Assembly (NCBI GenBank): GCA_030642995.1
Contig: DAOWMR010000015.1
Coordinates: forward strand, 1-17,622
Reading direction: 5' to 3'
DNA length: 17,622 bases
Source: Spirochaetales bacterium
Lineage (GTDB): Bacteria > Spirochaetota > Spirochaetia > DSM-27196 > SLST01
The position numbers were made by a program, and so were the translations under genes. The notes under the pieces are model-generated. The model saw only the letters and a list, made by a program, of their open reading frames with translations, had not been told where the DNA came from and ran no database searches. Shown here in pieces: positions 9,100 to 15,351 of this stretch; position 1 is the stretch's first letter, and every line of letters starts with the position of its first letter.

Positions 9100-9128
9100 A
9101 GTATAGGGCAGGTTTCGATTTACAGCAA
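9100..9128 (-). promoter_or_regulatory. Candidate sigma70-type promoter of the GntR-SPFH-ABC operon
   Basis: On the minus strand it reads TTGCTG (9128-9123), a 17-nt spacer, then TATACT (9105-9100). The call rests on a hexamer match by eye only. Confidence 0.35.
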
Positions 9129-9222
9129 GTGTATTCTGCGTGGTGGCAGCAAGGTTAAATTCGAGTACAATTTCAAGGTCTGGATGCGCAACACCGCCGG
9201 ACAATCACACAGGGAAAATCGG

Positions 9223-10137
9223 ATGGCCACGCAACGACGAACCATTGACGACACACGCAAACATCTGACGGCCAAACTGCGTCTCTACTGGAAGCTGATC
9301 AAGAGTCTCCAGACCGGATTGCTCCTTGCGACCGGCGTGGCGGGCTTCATGAGCGCCCGTTGCCCGGCTCTGGACTGGCGGACGCTACTAGGCATGTCCG
9401 GCAGCCTGTTTCTGGCGATAAGCGGCAGCACCGTTCTCAACATGTGGTACGACCGCGACATCGACGCGAAAATGCTGCGCACGTATTGGCGCCCGTTGCC
9501 ATCAGGCGGGGTCAGCCCGCGTGAGACTGTCGTGCTCGGCCTTGTGCTTTCCATACTGGGAGTGGGGTGGGCCGTAGCTATGCAACCGCTCTACGGACTC
9601 GTTGTGTTTGCCGGGCTGTTCATTGACGTCGTGGTCTACACGATCTGGCTCAAACGACGCACCGCCTGGTCCATTGTGTGGGGTGGGATCTCCGGCGGGA
9701 TGCCGATCCTGGCCGGGCGGGTGCTTGGCATTGCCGCTCTGACGGGAGTGGGGCAGATTGACCTGATCGGAGTTTTGCTGTCGCTGGGGATACTGTTCTG
9801 GATTCCCACCCACATCATGACGTTCAACATGCGCTATCATGATGACTATCAGACCGCGGGCGTGCCCACGTTCCCCTTAGCCTACAGTTTTCAGATGACG
9901 CGGGTGACTATCGCGGTGTCCAGTCTCATTGCGGCTCTGACGATGGGTGGAGCAGTAATGCTTCTCGGCATGACCTGGGGATACTTGCGGTTGCTGGCTG
10001 TGCTCAGCACAGCGCTACTCCTGATGGCCGTCTACAGCGTGGCCCGTCCTTCAGAGAAGATGAACTTTGGTCTCTTCAAGTACGCATCGATCTACATGTT
10101 GAGTCTGATGCTCTTGCTCGTCCTGGGGGCGATATGA
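9223..10137 (+). CDS. ctaB: Protoheme IX farnesyltransferase-like protein (heme O synthase, CtaB/CyoE type, UbiA superfamily)
   Basis: NMWYDRDIDAKMLRTYWRPLPSGGVSP matches the CyoE/CtaB motif N-x-x-DRDID-x-x-M-x-RT-x-x-RP. Also present are WLKRRTAWSIVWGGISGGMPILAG and FWIPTHIMTFNMRYHDDYQTAGVPTFP, the latter corresponding to the W-x-PPH...DY-x-x-AG-x-P region. The track start is ATG 9184. ATG 9223 is preferred because a candidate -10 element (TACAAT, 9166-9171) would leave almost no leader for 9184. Confidence 0.8.
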   Translation: MATQRRTIDDTRKHLTAKLRLYWKLIKSLQTGLLLATGVAGFMSARCPALDWRTLLGMSGSLFLAISGSTVLNMWYDRDIDAKMLRTYWRPLPSGGVSPRETVVLGLVLSILGVGWAVAMQPLYGLVVFAGLFIDVVVYTIWLKRRTAWSIVWGGISGGMPILAGRVLGIAALTGVGQIDLIGVLLSLGILFWIPTHIMTFNMRYHDDYQTAGVPTFPLAYSFQMTRVTIAVSSLIAALTMGGAVMLLGMTWGYLRLLAVLSTALLLMAVYSVARPSEKMNFGLFKYASIYMLSLMLLLVLGAI

Positions 10138-10739
10138 AAAAGATCTCCGTCCTTGACCGGATAGTGCTTCTGATCGTCGGAGTGTTAGCGGCCTATCAGA
10201 TAGTCGTGGGGATCGAGGGATTCTGCACGCTGACCGTCTTGTGCTACACGATCGCCTTCGGCGTGCTTATGTTCGCCGCGCTGCTGTTCATCATCTTTGG
10301 GTTTGACATCCTGGACAGCAAGCTGGTCGTCATCGTGGCTGCGACCATCCCGCTCATCTTGTCGCTGGCACTCATCGCTGAATATCTGCCGTCTGTCAGG
10401 ACGGTGTACATGGCGTTTGCCGTCGTCGGATTCGGTGCGCTTGCCGTCACCCGGTATACCGCCTCCGGTGCTGTTGCGACGGTCGTTCTGGCTACGGTAC
10501 ACGGGATCGCCGGGCTGTTGATCTTCAGCCTGCCGATCATTATTGCCGTGCAGGGAAAGACTTCGCCGGGCTTCGCGTTGGTGGGAGTCGGCGGGGCGTT
10601 AATTGGCACCGGCGGGTCGCTGCTCCTCTTCCTGAAATTGGGCAGGCCTATCCTGTCAAGAGATACGATTTTCACCGTGCTGCCCGTGTTGCTGCTGTTC
10701 ATGACGGCGGCATTCGTGGCCGGGTTGGCGATGCGGTGA
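10134..10739 (+). CDS. Hypothetical polytopic membrane protein (201 aa, about 6 TM)
   Basis: Its start overlaps the ctaB-like stop codon (ATGA at 10134-10137). It is strongly hydrophobic throughout, with coding-like codon periodicity. I recognised no family. Confidence 0.7.
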   Translation: MKKISVLDRIVLLIVGVLAAYQIVVGIEGFCTLTVLCYTIAFGVLMFAALLFIIFGFDILDSKLVVIVAATIPLILSLALIAEYLPSVRTVYMAFAVVGFGALAVTRYTASGAVATVVLATVHGIAGLLIFSLPIIIAVQGKTSPGFALVGVGGALIGTGGSLLLFLKLGRPILSRDTIFTVLPVLLLFMTAAFVAGLAMR

Positions 10740-10748
10740 GGGATTGAG

Positions 10749-11180
10749 ATGGTTGGGAATGAACGCCGGCTCTATGCACTGGCAGGGATCATGTGGAGTG
10801 GCGTCGGTGGCTACCTGGTTTTTCTGGCTTATGGTTGGCTCAAGGCGTTACCCTCATTACGTACCGTTCTTCTCGCAATCGCAGCGGTTCTATTTGCGCT
10901 GGTGATCTACCGTTTTGGCTTCTCTAATCTTGCGAAGAAGAACATCAAACGCATTTCGCTGCTCGAAGGCCGAGTATTCATCTGGGCATTTCAGAGTTGG
11001 CAAAGCTACATCATTATCCCGGTTATGATCGGTTTGGGCATCTTTCTCCGTAACTCACCGCTGCCAAAGCAGTATCTGGCCATCATGTACATCGGCATTG
11101 GTGGCGGCTTATTCTTGTCGAGCCTGCACTACTATGTTTGGCTCGTGCGACCATCTGAGTTGGAAAGGAGTGATGAGTGA
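10749..11180 (+). CDS. Hypothetical membrane protein (143 aa, about 4 TM)
   Basis: A GAGGGA-type RBS lies upstream of ATG 10749. Four hydrophobic helices are present. I recognised no family. Confidence 0.65.
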   Translation: MVGNERRLYALAGIMWSGVGGYLVFLAYGWLKALPSLRTVLLAIAAVLFALVIYRFGFSNLAKKNIKRISLLEGRVFIWAFQSWQSYIIIPVMIGLGIFLRNSPLPKQYLAIMYIGIGGGLFLSSLHYYVWLVRPSELERSDE

Positions 11181-11857
11181 TGAATACAATGGCCAAGATC
11201 TTGTGGGTGATCGCAATCATACTGATTGGACTGACGGCGGCAATAACGCTGGTGAGCGGCATCGGTACGTACTGCGTTGCCTGGAACGCCGAGCAATACG
11301 CGGAATTTGCCAACTTTGAGCCGTACAAACCGCTCTACAAGGCGATTGTCGTTCTCACGATTATGGTCGCGCTCGTTGCTGTCGTGGATGTTTATGGCAT
11401 GATACGACGCAAGAAGTGGGCGTACCTGGCCACGCTGTTCACGCTGATCGCAGGTATTGTCGTGGGTGGTACGCACGTGTATTACTCGACCATGTTGCGG
11501 GGAACCGGTATGCCGGGTACCGTCCGGGTTTATCTCTCAGTACTCACACTCGTCGTCCTGCTATTGCTGCGGATTCCCGGCATCTGGCAGGCGATCAACT
11601 CCGGGAAACCATCTGCGGGATCGGGGGCTGGAACGGCAGCCGGTCTGGCGATGAGTGTGTGTGGATTGGCCGTCGTTGCGACGCCCATGTGGGCCGGCCC
11701 GACGCATACTTCTGCCGGCTACAATTGGGTGAATGTCCTGTTGGTGCCCCTGATTGTGGGTGGCGTGGTGTTGATGCTGGCGGGGATAAGTCTGTTGGTG
11801 TTTCCCAAACTGCAAGTGCGTATCGGGAAGCGTCCCCAACCAGTCACGGCACATTAG
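11177..11857 (+). CDS. Hypothetical polytopic membrane protein (about 225 aa), sharing a C-terminal module with the proteins at 14544-15341 and 15352-16188
   Basis: AAGGAG at 11165-11170 precedes possible starts at GTG 11177 and ATG 11180. The start overlaps the upstream stop codon. It contains MIRRKKWAYLATLF...LLLLRIPGIWQAI, which resembles LKKKKWTVPLGVF...VIILLPGTQKLI in the 265-aa protein. Confidence 0.65.
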   Translation: MMNTMAKILWVIAIILIGLTAAITLVSGIGTYCVAWNAEQYAEFANFEPYKPLYKAIVVLTIMVALVAVVDVYGMIRRKKWAYLATLFTLIAGIVVGGTHVYYSTMLRGTGMPGTVRVYLSVLTLVVLLLLRIPGIWQAINSGKPSAGSGAGTAAGLAMSVCGLAVVATPMWAGPTHTSAGYNWVNVLLVPLIVGGVVLMLAGISLLVFPKLQVRIGKRPQPVTAH

Positions 11858-12819
11858 GGATTGCGAGCACAACGGAATCCAACTGCCGGACCATAGTACA
11901 CCGGCCCGGCGCTATTCTGTTTCCAGACACGCAGATCCATTTCATAGGTATAAAAACTGCCGCCGCGCATATGACGATAATGCTGGTTCGAGAAATCATC
12001 TCCAACCCACTGCCAGACATTCCCGGCCATGTCATAGAGGCCGTACGGGCTGGCCGAATCGAGTGTTTCGTAATCTTCGTAGGTGTCACCGTTGTAGAAA
12101 CCCACGGGAGTGGTATTGCCCAGCTTCCCAAACATCTTTTCGAACAAGTCGAAAGAAGAATAGGAATTGGCGTTGTTGCCATGAATTTCAGTGCCCCAGG
12201 GGAAAGGCAATCCATACCCGTCCACTAGTTTGGTACCACGAGCGGCTTTCTCCCATTCGGTATCACTGGGGAGCCGCCAACCGTAGAACTCGGCGTACGC
12301 ATTGGCGCCGAACCATGAGACCATTGTCATGGGGTGATTGGCGTATTCAGGGATTGCTGTGAATGATTGCCCATTAAAGGTCAACCGCAAGCCTTCTTCA
12401 TCCAGCGGGATGTAGAGTTTGTCCCCGGCCTTGATTTCAAACTCGTGCTTGTAACCCTGGAAAGGTTCGCCTGCATAGAAACCATACACACCTTCAAGAA
12501 CCGCAACGGATTCCCCGAACTCAACTTCCACCTCACCCACACCAATCTCGCCGGCAGCCAAAGCTTCGTTGAGAAAATCGGCATACTGTTGGTTGGTTAC
12601 GTCGGTGACCATGATCTCATAGTCGTAGTCGACCATGGTCATGTGATCGTGCTGCCCGTAGGGGAACTCACCGGCGGGAATGACAGCCCAGGAATCGGGG
12701 TCAATCCCGGTATCGATAGAGGGCGGTACAATTGCTCCGACGCTGGATGTCGGCGTACAGGCGGTTGTCAACAAAGCAAGCACCGTAAGCAAGATCATGA
12801 GATGTATCAAACGTTTCAT
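11854..12819 (-). CDS. FGE-sulfatase (SUMF1) fold lipoprotein lacking the FGE catalytic cysteine pair
   Basis: The signal peptide MKRLIHLMILLTVLALLTTAC suggests a probable lipobox with Cys21. Fold motifs are WAVIPAGEFPYG, HPMTMVSWFGANAYAEFYGWRLPSDTEWEKAARG, YGLYDMAGNVWQWV, RGGSF and GFRCARNP. The only cysteines are Cys21 and the GFRC cysteine. Its start overlaps the stop codon of the upstream 12-TM gene (ATGA at 12816-12819). Confidence 0.88.
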   Translation of the reverse strand: MKRLIHLMILLTVLALLTTACTPTSSVGAIVPPSIDTGIDPDSWAVIPAGEFPYGQHDHMTMVDYDYEIMVTDVTNQQYADFLNEALAAGEIGVGEVEVEFGESVAVLEGVYGFYAGEPFQGYKHEFEIKAGDKLYIPLDEEGLRLTFNGQSFTAIPEYANHPMTMVSWFGANAYAEFYGWRLPSDTEWEKAARGTKLVDGYGLPFPWGTEIHGNNANSYSSFDLFEKMFGKLGNTTPVGFYNGDTYEDYETLDSASPYGLYDMAGNVWQWVGDDFSNQHYRHMRGGSFYTYEMDLRVWKQNSAGPVYYGPAVGFRCARNP

Positions 12820-14357
12820 TCTGACACCCCCTTCAGGGTTTCTTCGAGTTTTTCCAGTTTTCGCTTCTGTTCTGCGATTTCAGACTCGGCGCTGAGTTTC
12901 GTCTCAGCCGCCAGTTCCTGCGCCCAGCGGCCGTTCCTGGTGAGGAGATCGTACAATCGCCACAGCATGAAGACACACAGAATGATGAGCACAACCCCCA
13001 GGCCGATATCGGTCAACAGCATGGTCCAGTTGACGATGGATTGCTGCGCAACTTCGGTGACGAAGAGGCGCTTCATCGAAAAGATAGTCACCGCGCCAAA
13101 AGCCAGATCGGACATCAGGATCAATACCCACCCGAACCATTTGCGGGCTTTGCCCTTCAGGCCCGACAGATCCGCGAAATACATCAGGATGATGGTTGCG
13201 ATCAGCGCTGCGAGGATGTGCCAGTGTCCGGTAAGGGTGACCCGTTCTTCCCGATGCGGCCAGACACGGAATATCTCCTCCAATTTGACTGCCAGAAAAA
13301 TGCCAACGCCACTGACGGTAAAATTCATGAAGACCATCTGCCAACCCGGGCCGAACTTCAACGGGTCGTGCAGGAGCGCCTTGATTTTCTGCCAGGCGTT
13401 GGGTTTTTCGATACCCAGTTCCGCGATGCGATTCTTGATTTGTTGATCCCAGGAGAAGATCACATATAGCAGGGCGGCTGTCATCACCAGGACGGACCCA
13501 ATATAGATGATGTTGTGTGCCCACGTGAACCACACAATGGACAGCGCGCCAATCGTGATCACAATTGTGCCGGAAATCATCAGCCACATGGCGATCTTGT
13601 GGAAGATCCCTTTGAACTTCATCCAGCGGCCCACAATCAATGTGAGGGCGACCGCGATCAGGGTCAGCATGATATGCAGGTGGCCTACAATGGCCTTCTG
13701 CAAAGCTGTCTTCAGGGGGATGCGGATCAGGTCTTCCGCCAGGAAGGTTTCGTGGCCGTTACCCCAATACGAGCCGGTCACCGCGCCAAAAGAAGCGGAG
13801 ATCAACGCGGCAGCAACCATCACGAAGAAGGCGGCTCGCTCCAGATCAATACCTTTCCGGGTGTGTGCGTAGGGCGAATCCTCCGGCAAGAGGTATTCCT
13901 TTTTCCAGGGCCACAACGCGGCGCCTAACAGCAAACCCGCGAAGAAGACTAACGACTGGCCAACCAGGAACAGACCGTGGTAGACGAAATTGTGGCCAAA
14001 GTAGCCAAAGATCAAGCCGAAAATGATAGCCGTCAAATAGCCGATGGTGATGGTGGTGTTGATCATGGTCTGTTCGTGTTTTTTCATCGGCACCATACCG
14101 GTGATGAAATACACTTCAATTGCCAGGATCGTCATGGCAATGGTGTGATAGAGCATGATGATTCGCCCTTCACGTTCAGCCTGAACCAAATCCATATTGA
14201 GGAGGCGGACGGTGATGTCTCTGACACCCCATTCGACCATCGGGCCGGAGAGCGTTCCCCAGACGGCGGTTGCCACCGCAACGACAGCCATTGCGACCAG
14301 CGCCAATCCCTTGGTCGAAGTGAAGAGATAGGTAAGTCGTTTTTTTAGTCCTTGCAT
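12816..14357 (-). CDS. 12-TM integral membrane protein (513 aa) with three 4-TM repeats and conserved intramembrane His motifs; candidate divergent heme-copper-oxidase-subunit-I-like protein (hypothesis)
   Basis: ATG 14357 (MQGLKKRL) has GGAGG 7 nt upstream; the track start at 14381 is a TTG. Twelve hydrophobic helices are present, and the positive-inside rule gives N-in/C-in. His motifs are YH71TIAM, GH122NFVYH127G, GH226LH228IM, AH281NIIYIG and GH378WH380IL. The C-terminal roughly 35 aa look like a coiled coil (AEQKRKLEKLEETLKG). Confidence 0.85.
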   Translation of the reverse strand: MQGLKKRLTYLFTSTKGLALVAMAVVAVATAVWGTLSGPMVEWGVRDITVRLLNMDLVQAEREGRIIMLYHTIAMTILAIEVYFITGMVPMKKHEQTMINTTITIGYLTAIIFGLIFGYFGHNFVYHGLFLVGQSLVFFAGLLLGAALWPWKKEYLLPEDSPYAHTRKGIDLERAAFFVMVAAALISASFGAVTGSYWGNGHETFLAEDLIRIPLKTALQKAIVGHLHIMLTLIAVALTLIVGRWMKFKGIFHKIAMWLMISGTIVITIGALSIVWFTWAHNIIYIGSVLVMTAALLYVIFSWDQQIKNRIAELGIEKPNAWQKIKALLHDPLKFGPGWQMVFMNFTVSGVGIFLAVKLEEIFRVWPHREERVTLTGHWHILAALIATIILMYFADLSGLKGKARKWFGWVLILMSDLAFGAVTIFSMKRLFVTEVAQQSIVNWTMLLTDIGLGVVLIILCVFMLWRLYDLLTRNGRWAQELAAETKLSAESEIAEQKRKLEKLEETLKGVSE

Positions 14358-14438
14358 ATCTATGCCTCCAAATAGGGACAAACAGTCAACTTGATTGTGA
14401 AAGGTTCCACGAAGTTATCATGAAATATCGAGAGAGTC

Positions 14439-14454
14439 CTTGACCAAGGTCAAG
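14439..14454. promoter_or_regulatory. 16-bp perfect palindrome CTTGACC-AA-GGTCAAG (core TTGAC-N4-GTCAA), putative operator/promoter element upstream of the 12-TM gene
   Basis: Both halves are exact reverse complements. The centre lies about 90 nt upstream of ATG 14357. A near-identical element occurs at 16256-16271, and a conserved gene-proximal flank (ACTCTYTCGA..ATTT) follows both copies. Confidence 0.6.
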
Positions 14455-14469
14455 TTCCAAGGAAACCAC

Positions 14470-14497
14470 CCCCTCTCCGGCAAGAACCAGAGAGGGG
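14470..14497 (-). terminator. Stem-loop, possible intrinsic terminator after the 265-aa membrane protein gene
   Basis: CCCCTCTC (14470-14477) pairs with GAGAGGGG (14490-14497) across a 12-nt loop, and two further G:C pairs are possible inside the loop. On the minus strand it is followed by GTGGTTTCCTTGG, which is only moderately T-rich. It lies between the stop codon at 14544 and the palindrome at 14439-14454. Confidence 0.35.
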
Positions 14498-14543
14498 CGA
14501 TCTCGCGGGCGAAGGCAGAAGAAGGATTTACCCTGACTTCAGA

Positions 14544-15341
14544 TCAACTTTCGTGTTCACCGGAGTCTGCAATCAGCTTCTGTGTGCCTGGCAGCAAGAT
14601 GATGACAAGAAGCACCGTGCTGATAACCGGAGCCGGCAAGAACATTGAGAATCGACCCAATTGCACCGTGTTGGTGATTCCCATCGGGTAAGCACCCATC
14701 ATGGACATCATGGCTGCAAAAACACCCAACGGCACAGTCCACTTCTTCTTCTTGAGGACAGCAAAGATGAACATTGCCCAGGCGGCGGCGCCCCACCAGG
14801 TAACTTGCTGCGACATGGCAAACATACCGTTCATGAAGCTATCGTCCACGGACAACTGGAAATAGGCAATCACGCCGACCCCGTCCATAAACGTCAAGAC
14901 ATATGCCAAACCGGCCACAAAGAGCAGGGCGATGACCTTCATTTTGACACGGCCAATCAGCAGCATACCAAACCATAGAACGGTCGCCAGCAGGAAGACC
15001 CAAATCGTGGGAAAAGGCATCCCGATGCTGGAGGGTGGGATGATCGGGAAAAAGCCGACAAGCATCTGGACGGTGGCCGCCACAGTACCCCAGAACCAGG
15101 CCCATTCCAGTTTTTTCACGAAGCCGTAGAGCACGGCCCCCCACAATGCGCCGGCAGTTATGCCCAGCCAGCCAAGCAGGGCGAAGACGATCTGAACAGT
15201 AACGGCTTCATCCGGGCGACCACCGGCAATTTTGCCCGCAATGGTCGGGTTGTAGATGTCCGCCATCAAGTAGAATGTCAGCAATCCGGTCAGGACACCG
15301 ACTATGGCGAGTACAATACCGAGCTTATTGTTTCCTTTCAT
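14544..15341 (-). CDS. Hypothetical polytopic membrane protein (265 aa), paralog of the upstream gene
   Basis: ATG 15341 (MKGNNKLG) has AGGAGA 6 nt upstream (15353-15348), and that RBS overlaps the upstream TAG stop codon. About 8 hydrophobic helices are present. It shares these motifs with the 278-aa protein: VLAIVGVL vs VLAIVIGLL; KKLEW vs KGEEW; QQVTWW vs QDFTWW; KKKKW vs KRKGW. Confidence 0.75.
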   Translation of the reverse strand: MKGNNKLGIVLAIVGVLTGLLTFYLMADIYNPTIAGKIAGGRPDEAVTVQIVFALLGWLGITAGALWGAVLYGFVKKLEWAWFWGTVAATVQMLVGFFPIIPPSSIGMPFPTIWVFLLATVLWFGMLLIGRVKMKVIALLFVAGLAYVLTFMDGVGVIAYFQLSVDDSFMNGMFAMSQQVTWWGAAAWAMFIFAVLKKKKWTVPLGVFAAMMSMMGAYPMGITNTVQLGRFSMFLPAPVISTVLLVIILLPGTQKLIADSGEHES

Positions 15342-15351
15342 GATGATTCTC

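Noticed and set aside
10749-11180. The 143-aa 4-TM protein next to the ctaB-like gene, considered as a short archaeal-type heme A synthase (CtaA).
   Set aside because: It contains only one His (SLHYYVW), whereas CtaA needs paired heme-ligating His residues in each four-helix unit. I saw no other CtaA-like motifs.
11416-12228. A 270-aa plus-strand ORF crossing the convergent junction.
   Set aside because: It is an alternative frame over the 226-aa membrane gene and antisense to the FGE-fold gene. Its sequence is Arg- and Gly-rich and unlike real protein.
12367-13446. A 359-aa plus-strand ORF.
   Set aside because: It is antisense to the FGE-fold and 12-TM genes. It is rich in Ser, Arg and Cys with no hydrophobic or domain pattern, and the opposite-strand genes have RBSs and clear protein features.
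12816-14357. The 12-TM His-rich protein, considered as an NnrS-type heme/copper protein.
   Set aside because: As far as I recall, NnrS proteins are about 400 aa. The tripartite repeat and the HxH, HN and HxH spacing fit heme-copper oxidase subunit I positions better. This is not excluded, so an NnrS profile search is listed among the checks.
14440-14691. An 83-aa plus-strand ORF starting inside the palindrome.
   Set aside because: Most of it is antisense to the 265-aa membrane gene, and it has no RBS. The region is better explained as a terminator hairpin plus an operator/promoter.
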